NCBI RefSeq assembly: GCF_032191835.1
Contig: NC_083224.1
Span: 132,556,001-132,620,000, forward strand
Direction: 5' to 3'
Source of the DNA: Heteronotia binoei
Lineage: Eukaryota
Length of the DNA stretch: 64,000 bases
The position numbers were made by a program, and so were the translations under genes. Below, one piece after another: positions 36,103 to 48,257 of this stretch. The notes under the pieces were generated by a model. That model saw only the letters and a list, made by a program, of their open reading frames with translations. It searched no databases and had not been told where the DNA came from. Position 1 is the first letter of the stretch; each line of letters opens with the position of its first letter.

Positions 36103-37086
36103 TCAAACTCCGCCCGACATATTTTCACCGGCGGCGTCTTCTTTGGAAAGTTCCTCTTCCTCCAAAGTTGTCAGAGTTAAAGCTAGCGAGTTCAGCAATG
36201 CTTTCCCTGTCTCAGTGTTAGATGCTTTGTACATGGCTCCATTTTTAAAGACTAGAATGTCCGATGCAGGGCTCCAACGAAAGCGTATGTTGGCAGAGTG
36301 TAATTTTGACACGAAGAGCCTCAGCTTTCTACGCTTCATTAGAGCTTCAGGGGGCAGATCTAGCAGAGCCAATACTTTCTTACCATTGTATAATAGTGCA
36401 CCATTTCGCCTCACCTCTCTTAGAATCATATCTCTCATCTTAGGGAAGACAAAGCTCACCAAGACATCCCTTGGTCTCCCTCTCTTCGCCGACACCATCG
36501 TACCTAGTCTTTGAGCCTTCGCTACTGCAACCATCGACCTCTCCTCTATCTTGAGGGCTTTCACCAACCACTTTTCCATAAATAAAGATAAATTCATATC
36601 TTCTTCCTCCCCCTCCTCCAGTCCTCGAAACTTAATATTTGAAGCTCTATAACGATGTTCTAGCATACAAATTCTATTTTCAAGTAAAGCTTCATTTTTT
36701 TTTAAAGACTTTACATCATCCTTAAGCCCCATCGCTGCCTCTGCTGACTGCTCTGCCAATTTGGCGGTTACTGACAGCTCCTCTGAGAGCTCCTGGATTT
36801 TGGTCTGGATGGGCTTTAGGAAATTCTCTATCGATTCTGTGAAGAACCGGTGGATATCCATTTTTAAGACATCTAGATCCCTTTTGCATAAGGGAGCTTC
36901 CTCATCTTCTATCACTGGGGTGGGGTGGGGAGAGTTACTAGCAGCCATATTTGGATCCGAGCGAGTAGCGGGGCGACTGACCGTTTCTGTTTTGTCCGCC
37001 TTGAAGAATTCAGCTACCGATTTCTTTTCCTTTGAAATCGACCTCCTTTTGTTCTTTGTTTGTTGTCCCATTGAAATAGTTTCCAA
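36103..37086 (-). CDS. L1 ORF1p (coiled coil, RRM, CTD), intact 327 aa
   Basis: Heptad-rich region, LEHRYRASNIKFRGLEE, PRDVLVSF, RRKL..FRWSP motifs typical of L1 ORF1. Confidence 0.9.
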   Translation of the reverse strand: METISMGQQTKNKRRSISKEKKSVAEFFKADKTETVSRPATRSDPNMAASNSPHPTPVIEDEEAPLCKRDLDVLKMDIHRFFTESIENFLKPIQTKIQELSEELSVTAKLAEQSAEAAMGLKDDVKSLKKNEALLENRICMLEHRYRASNIKFRGLEEGEEEDMNLSLFMEKWLVKALKIEERSMVAVAKAQRLGTMVSAKRGRPRDVLVSFVFPKMRDMILREVRRNGALLYNGKKVLALLDLPPEALMKRRKLRLFVSKLHSANIRFRWSPASDILVFKNGAMYKASNTETGKALLNSLALTLTTLEEEELSKEDAAGENMSGGV

Positions 37087-39422
37087 AATCTGAGTTTGGT
37101 GAGAGTATATACACGACGTAATAGGGGCTGTTCAGGAGCTCCTTCAAGTTGCGTCCGCCATGTATCAGCGACGCTCCGCCCCCCGAATAGATGCTTTTGA
37201 GCTGTGGTGCTGGAGAAGACTCTTGAGAGTCCCTTGTACTGCAAGAAGATCAAATCAGTCAGTCCTAAGGGAAATCAACCCAGACTGTTCCCTGGAAGGT
37301 CAGATGCTAAAGCTGAAGCTCACCAAATGAGAAGGGAGCCACCAAATGAGAAGGGAGCACTCACTGGAGAAGATCCTGATGCTAGGAAAGACAGAAGGCA
37401 AAAGAAGAAGGGGACGGCAAAAGATGAGATGGCTGGACAGTGTTACTGATGTAACAAACACGAATTTGAGCAGACTTCGGAGGATGGTGGAAGACAGGAG
37501 GGCCTGGCGTGATTTTGTCCATGGGGTCGCACACAGCCGGACTCGATTGTGCGACTGAACAACAACAAAACTCATTGACTTCAATGGACTCAGAAGTGTA
37601 TAATTCTAATTAGGAAGGCACTGCAAATACAAGTCCCATTTCTGCTTAAACATTGTAGAGCAAATCCTAAACAAATTTACTTTTTCCCCTTAATATGATT
37701 TACCTCTGAGGAAACATAGCTACATTCAGGCTGTAAAGCTGCATACCTGCAGTTAGTCAATGTGACTTACCTGCGTAACTATGGGGGGAAAGGAGCGAAA
37801 ATATACTGATTCAAGTGATTTTTTTTCAAAAACTCTTTTAAAAACTTCACATATCAGTTCCAATGCTAAATAATAAAAATATTTTAGAGTCCAGTTTGTT
37901 AAAATACTAATTGATTTATATGAATCTGACCTCAAGTTTATAACAGCAGCACTGTTTCTTCTAGCAAAAGTGATTTGTAAATTATTGCAATTACTTTTAG
38001 CATGACCAGAAATACATTAATATTGAACAGAGACCTTCAGAGAAGTCATGGCATTTCTCTAGTCATTTATTTATAACAGCAAAAAACAAACAAAGAAAAA
38101 CCCTACCTTTTTTTGCAGAACAAAGTTCTTCCTCAGCCATATTCCTGCTTCCTGACAAACTCTAGCAAGTTATTACTACAAGAAGCTTTTTGGGAAGAAT
38201 GTCTTCCACAGTGAGCTTATGCTTATAAAATACTATTTAAACAGGTTTAGAAATAAAGCTGAATGAATTGCATAAGCTTATCCAGTAAGAACAAAACTAG
38301 CCATGGAGGCAGGATTTTCCGCTAATAGAAAAATGATATTGCCCAGTGTCTGCATACTCTTGAAACAGCTGGTGCTATAAATGTCACAGAAATATGAATC
38401 ACTCTCATGGAGAAACCACCTCTTTCAAAAAGAAGTAGGCACACATACACGACAGTATGTTTGACAACAACCGTGACTAGTAAATTATGCCCAATGAGAT
38501 TTAAACAGTTGCAAATACTCTTGCAGTCCACCCAATACCTGTGTTGTGTGTGTGTGCTTTCCTACCCAATGAAGAGAATATTTTTTGGATATGATAACTT
38601 GCATAACATTCATGAACTGCACTCACACACAACATTCTATACATAGTGCTTTCAGTGTTCTTCTCCAATTATTTTAATGTGGTAGCAGCTGCAGTCCAAT
38701 TTTTCCCTTTTTAAAGTTGCCAAGGGGCTTACAAATGTAAGCAAAGCTCAAACACTATATTCAGCTCCCAGTTTTTCTGTGCAGAATTGAAATATCTACT
38801 GACTGAATATTTTTGTTAGGGTTCCATCAATTTTACACAAGTGTAGAAGCAGTGTTCTTTGCAGCAGTTTTTTTCACTTTAATTAATCCCACTAGGAAGA
38901 AAGAAAAGAAAAATGTTTCCATCAATGGCATAGCAAGTGTAGAGGATTTTTAATGATATAACTATGATGGATTTTTTCTACTATTACATTTGAGGGAAGG
39001 AACAGCCAACAGTAGAGTCTTTAAACTTTATGAAATTGTTTGAAAATGCTTGACATATACTGGGCTGCATCACTTTTTTCCCTTACATTACTGGTGGCCA
39101 ATCTGTTTAGCAAGTATATTACAAGACAATAGTGACATTCAAGTGCATTCTAAATTCTGTATCATATTATGCCTCTAATCTACTTTAGCAGAAAACAGCA
39201 CAGCACAGGAGATAGCAAGCCCAACACTATGATAAAAGAAGGGATGACAAAAACTGGAATGCCACTGTCTGAGCCACACATGTCCTATATCATGGTACTC
39301 CTAATATAGTTTGCAGCCCTTCTCTGTTCCTCTTCAGCCACTGTACACTTACTGTGGATACTTACCGTCCAGTTATTCGGATACTACCCCATTCAGACTC
39401 ATGAGAAATATATATATATATA

Positions 39423-41253
39423 CTCGTCAGAGGGTGTCCTGGATGGTTTCAGCGCTTTCAGTCTGGAGGAAGTTGACAGGATTCTCGCATCTGCTCGCCC
39501 TACAACTTGTAATCTGGACCCCTGCCCCTCCTGGCTTATTAAAGCTTGCCAGAGGAAGCTCAGATATCCTGTATGGGATATCATAAACAGATCCCTGATG
39601 GAAGGGCATTTTCCAGCACCTCTGAAAGAGGCTGTGGTCCACCCTCTACTGAACAAACCAACTTTAGACCCGGCCGAATTGACACACTATCGGCCGGTTT
39701 CGAATTTACCCTTTTTGGGTAAACTCATTGAGAGGGCAGTGGCGTTGCAGTTGCAGAGTTTTCTGGAGGATGCTTCCGTTCTCGACCCCCATCAGTCCGG
39801 TTTCCGTCCGGGTCATGGGACGGAGACGGTGCTGGTCGCTCTGATGGATGACCTCCAGCGGCATCTGGATCGAGGCGGCTTGGCGGTGCTGGTGTTGTTG
39901 GACCTATCGGCGGCATTCAATATGGTCGACCACCGGCTGCTGACTTGCCATCTCGCCAACGTGGGGATTCAGGGGTTGGCCTTACAGTGGCTCTCCATGT
40001 TCCTTGATGGTCTGGGACAAAGGGTGGCGATTGGGGGTGAGCTGTCCCAGAGGCACGAGCTGGATTGTGGGGTGCCTCAGGGGGCAGTTCTTTCCCCAAT
40101 GTTATTTAACATTTACATGCGCCCCCTTGCCCAGATTGCCCGGAGGCATGGGCTGGGTTGCCACCAGTACGCTGATGATACCCAGCTCTATCTACTCATG
40201 GACGGCTGGCCCGACTGTGTCCCAGAAAACCTGGACTGGGCATTACAAGCCGTGGCTAGATGGCTCAGGCTGAGCAGGCTGAAACTAAATCCAGCAAAGA
40301 CAGAGCTCCTTTGCTTGGGTCGCCACGGTCCGGGGGGGGGGGAATTTCCCTTCCAGCCCTTGACGGTGTGCCACTGACAATGGCGCACAGGGTCAGGAGC
40401 TTGGGGGTACTACTTGAGCCTCCCTTAACTATGGAGGCCCAGGTAGCAGCCAATGCTAAGTCCGCATTTTTTCATCTTAGGCGGGCGAGGCAGTTGGCTC
40501 CCTTCCTGGAGCAGGACGATCTAGCAACAGTGATCCATGCAACAGTCACCTCAAGGTTGGATTACTGTAATGCCCTCTACATGGGGCTGCCCCAGTGTCG
40601 AACCCGGAAGTTGCAGCTAGTGCAGAACACCGCCGCTCGGCTGCTACTAGGGCTCCCTAGACGGGAGCACATTCAGCCAGGCCTTCGGGGACTGCACTGG
40701 CTGCCAATAATATACCAAGTCCGGTACAAGGTGCTGGCTATTACCTTTAAAGCCCTATATGGTCTAGGACCTGCCTACCTTAGGGACCATCTCTTCCCAT
40801 ATGTTCCCCAGAGAGTACTGCGTTCTGGCTCCCAAAATCTGCTCGTAATCCCCGGGCCAAAGGAGGCCCGGTTGAAGTCAACCAGGGACAGGGCCTTCTC
40901 AATAACAGCCCCTTGCTGGTGGAACCAGTTACCGGAGAAGGTCAGGGCCCTGCGGGATATTGGACAATTCCGCAGGGCCTGTAAGACAGTCCTCTTCCAG
41001 TTGGCCTATAACTGACTGGCACCAAAACCACCTAAACTACCAAAATACTGAAGGAAGATAGCGTAGTGTTGGATTGATGTACTGATTTTTTAATGTATTT
41101 TATTGTTTTAATCTCTTAATTATATAAATTGTTATTGTATTTAAAATTTGAATTTTATTGTTATAATCTCTGTGTTGTAAGCCGCTCTGAGCCCACTTCG
41201 GTGGGGTAGGGCGGGATATAAATGAAATGAAATGAAATGAAATGAAATGAAAT
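39423..41253 (+). mobile_element. 5'-truncated L2, RT region with a frameshift in a G-run (~40330)
   Basis: DPCPSWL, YRPVSNLPFLGK, QSGFRPGHGTET, GVPQGAVLSP, YADD, TSRLDYCN; 3' tail (AATGA)n. Confidence 0.92.
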
Positions 41254-42559
41254 ATATCATTCACTGTCCTTTCCAAGCTTTCTTCATCACTGCAAAAGTT
41301 TCTGCATTTTATTTTCTTCATTTTGTTGCCTTAACAGCTTGTGAGACTGGTCATTATAATTGCTTCTATACAGTGGAAGAAAGGAGATTGGTGGCTTGTC
41401 CCAAAACACAAAATAAGTCTACAGCAAAAAAAGTTAATAACTTGATGCTGTTCTATGCAGAGTAAGGATCATGCATGAATCCAAGTGAGTGGAGGAGTTC
41501 ATAAGGCTGAGGTGCTTAGTAGAACCTACAGCTTGAGACCTCTGGAGATAGATGGTAGAAAATACATTGGCTGCACAATAGATTCATGCTGTCAGCAACT
41601 TACTACAGGCAATGCAGCAAATACTGGAATCAGCCCGCCTATGCTTACACAGGCACACACCCACACAGATTATGGCCTAATAACTTGAACTATCAGAAGA
41701 GGGCTGAAACCATTGCACATACTGCACAAAATCTTGCTCCAAAACGAGAGTGTTAACAGATATTTCTGGGGTGCAGCTATGTGTAGCCTACATACAATTT
41801 AGGCATTAATAAGACTGTATGTATGGGCAAGCATGAACATGATCTGCTGGTTGCCTAAAAAGCAAAAAGCGGAATGGTAGCACTTGTCCTGACAGAGTAT
41901 ACTGCACAAAGACTTTCTCTCATGGCCATAGAAGAGGCGATATTTCACTTGCATTTCATTTCACCAGTGCTACCTCCTTCGCTATTTCTTAAACTAACTC
42001 CACTATTTCTTCAGCAGTATACACAGATGTCCCATTCCCATATCAGTTCAGTTCAGTACCTTTATTGGCATACAGATACTATATTTACAACAACTCTGCG
42101 AGTTGTCAGGTTCCCCTGATTACTCAGAGAGGCCTGAGAGGAGCAGAACACAGCAGAGCAGCTCTGATAAGCTGAGACAGCTGGAGAAGTTGCTGAGAAT
42201 TTCTGAGTTTTGAAAGACTTCATTCTGAGGCTTGTGTGACTGCTGAAAAGGCTGAGTTGTGATAGCTGGGGAACTGCTGTATGTTTGGGTGAGTGGGCTA
42301 AAGGTGAAAGTGATTGAGAGTGATTGTTGATGATTGCTTAGGAGTGGTCTGCTCCACCCTCTTTGCATTTTAAACTGCGCCTTGCCAAAGGGCGAGAGCT
42401 AAAGGGCTCTTGGCCTGTGGCTCTTTGCCTAGGGGCTTCCTAAGGACGAGGAACCCAGATCCCTGATTTCCTTGTTCTCCCAATAAGGTAAGTTGACCTT
42501 CCAGAAGGGGAGCCACGTAAACAACAGCATTTAAAGAGGACTGTGTATATATATATATC

Positions 42560-43468
42560 ATGAAGGTAGAATGCCAGCAGGGGGATGGGGGCTTTCCAGT
42601 GTTTTGCACTGAGTGTCACATGTATGACTATCTGCCCACAGGACAGAAGTCTTGGGTGTGTGCTCGATGTAAGGAGCTCCTGGTCCTCAGGGAACGAGTT
42701 CGTACCCTTGAAGCCGAGGTGACTGCCCTGGAGAAGCAGAGACGGTCAGTTAGGCAATTGGGGAAGACTCTCGGGGGCGTATTAGATGAGCCCCGCTCTG
42801 AACGTGGCAGCCCCGTTGCTGCCAGAGAGCGTGAGGGTCGAGAGGGAACAGGGCATCTTGCTGAGGATAAGGGGAATGCGCCCTCAGAAGGGACCTCTTC
42901 TTCGGTTGGTGAGCGGGTATCCTTTCACGCCAAGGAACCATCCCTGGGCAGGGGGAGAGGGGGGGTCTTGGTAGCTGGTGATTCGATCCTTAGGCAAGTA
43001 GACAGCTGGGTGGCAAAACCGCGTACTGACCGTATGGTGACTTGCCTGCCTGGTGCGAAGGTAGCGGACATTACGCGTGTAGTAGATAGGCTGATAGACA
43101 GTGCTGGGGAGGAGCCTGTGGTCGTGGTGCATGTTGGCACCAACGATGTGGGGAAATGCAGTCGTGAGGTCCTGGAGGAGAAATTTAGGCTGCTAGGTGG
43201 GAGACTTAAGGCCAGGACCTCCAAGGTAGCCTTCTTGGAAGTGCTACCTGTTCCACGTGCAGGGCAGGAGAGAGAGGAGCAAATTAGAAGTCTCAATGTG
43301 TGGATGAGACGATGGTGTAAGGAGGAAGGGTTTAAGTTTGTTAGGCACTGGGATGCTTTCTGGAACAAGCGGGAGCTGTACAAAAGAGACGGTCTCCACT
43401 TGTCTCCGGATGGAACCAGGCTGCTGGCGCTTAAAATCAAAAAGGTGGCAGAGCAGTTTTTAAACTAA
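42560..43468 (+). CDS. CR1 ORF1: zinc finger, coiled coil, SGNH esterase (intact 302 aa)
   Basis: CTEC..CARC, VAGDS, HVGTND, DGLHL motifs. Confidence 0.92.
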   Translation: MKVECQQGDGGFPVFCTECHMYDYLPTGQKSWVCARCKELLVLRERVRTLEAEVTALEKQRRSVRQLGKTLGGVLDEPRSERGSPVAAREREGREGTGHLAEDKGNAPSEGTSSSVGERVSFHAKEPSLGRGRGGVLVAGDSILRQVDSWVAKPRTDRMVTCLPGAKVADITRVVDRLIDSAGEEPVVVVHVGTNDVGKCSREVLEEKFRLLGGRLKARTSKVAFLEVLPVPRAGQEREEQIRSLNVWMRRWCKEEGFKFVRHWDAFWNKRELYKRDGLHLSPDGTRLLALKIKKVAEQFLN

Positions 43469-43497
43469 ATCTTGGGGGAAAGCCGACAGGAGATGGA

Positions 43498-46463
43498 ATG
43501 TCTCTGGTTCGGGAGGACTCATCTCAAAGAGATGAAGGGTTGGCTTCTATTTTTCTACCGGGTAACGGATCAGAGTTGTCCACTGTGATGGCGACAAACA
43601 GTATGGACTGTCTGCCAGAATCTCGAGGCGGCAGGAGGGAGGTGGCGGGCCTAGCTTGTCTGGGAAATTATAAATGTTTGTATGCAAATGCTAGAAGTGT
43701 CCGAAGTAAAATTGGTGAATTGGAATGTTTAGTGTTGGGAGAAAACATAGACATTGTGGGAATTTCAGAAACTTGGTGGAATGAGGAGAATCAGTGGGAC
43801 ACGGTGATTCCTGGATATAAGTTATATCGGAAGGATAGGGAGGGAAGGGTTGGAGGTGGGGTAGCTCTGTATGTCAGAGAGGATATACGGTCCAGTAAGA
43901 CTGAGGTCAGAGAATTAGATTCCCTTTTAGAAATGCTTTGGGTTGAAATAGAGGGCCCAAAAGGAAATTTAACTATGGGAGTTTGTTATCGCCCACCAAA
44001 TCAAAAGAGAGAGGACGATTATAATATGATGGAAGGATTAAAGATAGCGGCTAAATGTAAAAACTGTGTTGTAATAGGTGATTTTAACTACCCGCAGATT
44101 GATTGGGTCAATATGTGTTCTGGTTGAGAGAAAGAGATTGAGTTTCTTGATGCTCTCAATGACTGTGCTATGGAGCAGATGGTCTCAGAACCTACCAGGG
44201 GTGGGGCGATCTTGGATCTGGTCCTAAGTAATGCCCAAGACTTGGTGAGAGATGTAAAAGTGATTGCGCCGCTTGGGAACAGTGACCATAATGTTATTGA
44301 TTTCACCGTTTGTATAAATAGGGAGTTGCCCAAAAGGACCGCCACAACCACATTTAACTTTAAAAGGGGTAAATTCTCTGAGATGAGGAGGCATGTGAGG
44401 AGGAAACTGAAAGGAAAGGTAAATACGGTCAAAACCCTTGGGGAAGCTTGGACACTATTTAAAACTATAATCCTAGAAGCTCAGATAAAATACATACCAC
44501 AAGTTAGGAAAGGCACAAACAGGTATAACGAAAGGCCAGCATGGTTAACAGACAAAGTAATGGAAGCTGTAAAAGGTAAGAAGGACTCCTTTAAGCGGTG
44601 GAAAACCAGTCCAAGTGAGATTAGTAAAAGGGAACACAGGCAGTGGCAAATCAAATGCAAGACTGTGATCAGGCAGGCAAAAAGGGACTATGAGGAGCAT
44701 ATTGCAAAAAACATAAAGACCAACAATAAAAATTTCTTCAAATATATTAGAAGTAGGAAACCAGCCAGGGAAGCAGTGGGGTCCTTGGATGACCATGGGG
44801 TAAAGGATTACTGAAGGAGGATGGGGAAATGGCTGAGAAGCTAAATGCATTTTTTGCCTCTGTCTTCACCGTGGAAGATGAGAAGTGTTTGCCCGCCCCA
44901 GAACCACTAATATTGGAAGGGGTGTTGAAAGACCTGAGTCAGATTGAGGTGACAAAAGAGGAGGTCCTACAACTAATAGACAAATTAAAAACTAATAAGT
45001 CACTGGGTCCGGATGGCATACATCCGAGAGTTCTGAAAGAACTCAAAGTTGAACTTGTGGATCTTCTAACAAAAATCTGTAATCTTTCATTGAAATCTGC
45101 CTCCGTTCCTGAGGACTGGAAGGTAGCAAATGTCATCCCCATCTTTAAAAAGGGTTCCAGAGGAGATCCGGGAAATTACAGGCCAGTCAGTCTGACTTCA
45201 ATACCGGGAAAGTTGGTAGAAACCATTATCAAGAACAGAATGAGTAGGCACATTGATGAACACGGGTTATTGAGGAAGACTCAGCATGGGTTCTGTAGGG
45301 GAAGATCTTGCCTCACTAACCTGTTACATTTCTTTGAGGGGGTGAACAAACATGTGGACAAAGGAGACCCGATAGATGTTGTTTACCTTGACTTCCAGAA
45401 AGCTTTTGATAAAGTTCCTCATCAAAGGCTCCTTAGAAAGCTCGAGAGTCATGGAGTAAAAGGACAGGTCCTCTTGTGGATCAAAAACTGGCTGAGTAAT
45501 AGGAAGCAGAGAGTGAGTATAAATGGGCAGTCTTCGCAGTGGAGGACGGTAAGCAGTGGGGTGCCGCAGGGCTCGGTACTGGGTCCCATGCTCTTTAACT
45601 TGTTCATAAATGATTTAGAGTTGGGAGTGAGCAGTGAAGTGGCCAAGTTTGCGGATGACACTAAATTGTTCAAGGTGGTGAGAACCGGAGAGGATTGTGA
45701 GGAACTCCAAAGGGATCTGTTGAGGCTGGGTGAGTGGGCGTCAACGTGGCAGATGCGGTTCAATGTGGCCAAGTGCAAAGTAATGCACATTGGGGCCAAG
45801 AATCCCAGCTACAAATACAAGTTGATGGGGTGTGAACTGGCAGAGACTGACCATGAGAGAGATCTTGGGGTCGTGGTAGATAATTCACTGAAAATGTCAA
45901 GACAGTGTGCATTTGCAATAAAAAAGGCCAACGCCATGCTAGGAATTATTAGGAAGGGAATTGAAAACAAATCAGCCAGTATCATAATGCCCCTGTATAA
46001 ATCGATGATGCGGTCTCATTTGGAGTACTGTGTGCAGTTCTGGTCGCCGCACCTCAAAAAGGATATTATAGCATTGGAGAAAGTTCAGAAAAGGGCAACT
46101 AGAATGATTAAAGGGCTGGAACACCTTCCCTATGAAGAAAGGTTGAAACGCTTAGGGCTCTTTAGCTTGGAGAAACGTTGACTGAGGGGTGACATGATAG
46201 AGGTTTACAAGATAATGCATGGGATGGAGAAAGTAGAGAATGAAGTACTTTTCTCCCTTTCTCATAATACAAGAACTCGTGGGCATTCGATGAAATTGCT
46301 GAGCATACAGATTAAAACGGATAAAAGGAAGTACTTCTTCACCCAAAGGGTGATTAACATGTGGAATTCACTGCCACAGGAGGTGGTGGCGGCCACAAGC
46401 ATGGCCACCTTTAAGAGGGGGTTAGATAAAAATATGGAGCAGAGGTCCATCAGTGGCTATTAG
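43498..46463 (+). pseudogene. CR1 ORF2 (APE + RT) with two TGA stops and one frameshift
   Basis: YANARS, ISETWW, GDFNYP, SDH, GVPQGSVLGP, FADD; TGA at 44125 and 46179, 1-nt deletion at ~44805. Confidence 0.93.
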
Positions 46464-47404
46464 CCACAGTGTGTGTGTGTGTGTGTGTGTATATACACAT
46501 TTGGCCGCTGTGTGACACAGAATGTTGGACTGGATGGGCCATTGGCCTGATCTAACATGGCTTCTCTTATGTTCTTAATAAACAGTTTTTGAATTAGTTC
46601 TAAGTTCCATTTATTAAGGGTCTTCAAGTGGGTATATTACTGACTCAGGGTCCAAGTCAGATCTGCTTGGCCACAGTGACAGTATCAATAATATAGGTAC
46701 AGCAAACAGTATAGCAGAAAATAACTGACCGAAGGATTTGAATTTGAGACTCACAAATCCCAGCCAAGACTCTATTTGTGGGAGACTTATTGTACTGTGA
46801 CTATCTACCCATGATACTGTTTGAATGCTAAGTGCTTACATCTGATTTAAGACAAATTTCTTTAAATTAAGTCTTGCTGGTTAAAAGTTTGTTTTTATCT
46901 CTATTTACAAAAAAGTTAACATAGTAATAGTTTGATCCTATAATCTCTTGACAGTGTCAAAACACCACATTTTACACTACTACTGCAGGAATGCTGCATG
47001 GGAGTATAACTTAATATTTTGTGATCTGCCAGCAGACACAAACTAACAAATATTAAATTGGGGTATACAGATAATTTCTTTTTTCTTCTTTCAATTTTTG
47101 CAGAATTTTAATTTTTATCAGTTTTTATTATATTATATTGCAACTAGTAAGACATTACAATACAACTTGAAGAAAATCCATAACACAATAAGGATTAAAT
47201 CAACATTTTCATATCTAACAAATTTACTTTTCCCCCTTAACATAAATCATACTAACACAAAAATACAGCAAACAACAATATAAAAAAATGGACAGAACAT
47301 ACTGAATAATGAACTACAAACTCTGGGCAGTAACAGTTCTTTCCCTCTCATACCATCTCTCTGCTTCATAATGGCAATCCAGAAAGTCAGAAACACCCTT
47401 CAGT

Positions 47405-47650
47405 AATTTGTTTATATCCTACATTTCTCCCCAATGGAGACCCAAAGCAGCTTACAACACCACTCTGCCCTCCCTTACCTTGTCCTCACAAACAACCTTG
47501 TGAAGTAGGTTCAGCCCTCACAACAACCCTTTATCTTCACAAGAACCCTGTGATGCAGGTTAAGAGTGCCTGCCCCAAGATCACCAAGCAACTATGACAG
47601 AGTGGGTCTCCCAGATCCTAATCCTAATTGAACCACTAACCATGCTGGTT
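47405..47650 (-). mobile_element. Squam3-like SINE, diverged, with an internal duplication
   Basis: CCCAAAGCAGCTTACA tail, CCTCACAACAACC duplicated, CCAAGATCACC, AACCACTA.CCATGCTGG head. Confidence 0.6.
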
Positions 47651-48137
47651 TCTTGTAGTTCAATGAGTACATGGATGAAATTATCTTCTTTTCAAATCCA
47701 TTACATGTAATAATAACTTGTCCTTTGTTAGATCTGGCAAGCTCTCTGTGTGCTATATATTGTAATAAACTGTTATTTTGAATTTCAGACTACTCATTGC
47801 AGCAGTCTTGTGGTGTCAATAATGGAATTTTGGTTGCAGCAAGCTCTGAATGGTACAATATACAAGAGAACTGTTAATATAAGACTGCTACCTGCCTAGC
47901 AAGTTGAAAACAATCAATGCATTATTACAATATTTACTGTAAATGTTGAGTAATTTAACAAGTCTTCTCTTTCTCACTTTCTATTATGTGTAGGTGCCTA
48001 ATGAATGTTATCATTATGCAATTTATTTTAAAAGTAATAATGTTCTATTCATATCTCTTAACACTATTGTCATCATTAGCTATTACAACCTTAACTATTG
48101 CATGGGAAGTAGTCTTACTATAAATTGAAACTTTATA

Positions 48138-48257
48138 CTGGGCTCTTTTTTGGTAGAAAAAGCCCAGCAGGAACTTATTTGCATATCAGGCCACACCTCC
48201 TGATGCCAAGCCAACCAGAACTGTATTATTTGGCGTTCCTGCTCAAAAAAAGTCCTG
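48138..48257. mobile_element. Short hAT-like MITE (CAGGGCTTTTTTT family)
   Basis: CTGGGCTCTTTTTT..CAGGAAC / GTTCCTGCTCAAAAAAAGTCCTG inverted ends. Confidence 0.55.

Larger units (their letters stand above)
30090..37184 (-). mobile_element. Full-length L1 (7095 bp)
   Basis: 14-bp TSD gaatagatgctttt (30076-30089, 37185-37198), poly-A tail, G-rich 5' end, ORF1 and ORF2. Confidence 0.97.
29861..37568 (+). mobile_element. RTE-BovB 3' fragment (29861-30089 + 37199-37568) split by the L1
   Basis: Colinear and near-identical with BovB 62588-63179; ends GACTGAACAACAACAA. Confidence 0.95.
42095..46577 (+). mobile_element. Near full-length CR1 LINE
   Basis: 5' UTR, ORF1, ORF2, 3' end TTCTCTTATGTTCTTA; 5' boundary approximate. 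Confidence 0.95.

Noticed and set aside
36143-37093. Antisense ORFs over L1 ORF1 as an ORF0 analogue
   Set aside because: They fully overlap ORF1 and are readily explained by its codon bias; primate ORF0 lies in the 5' UTR.
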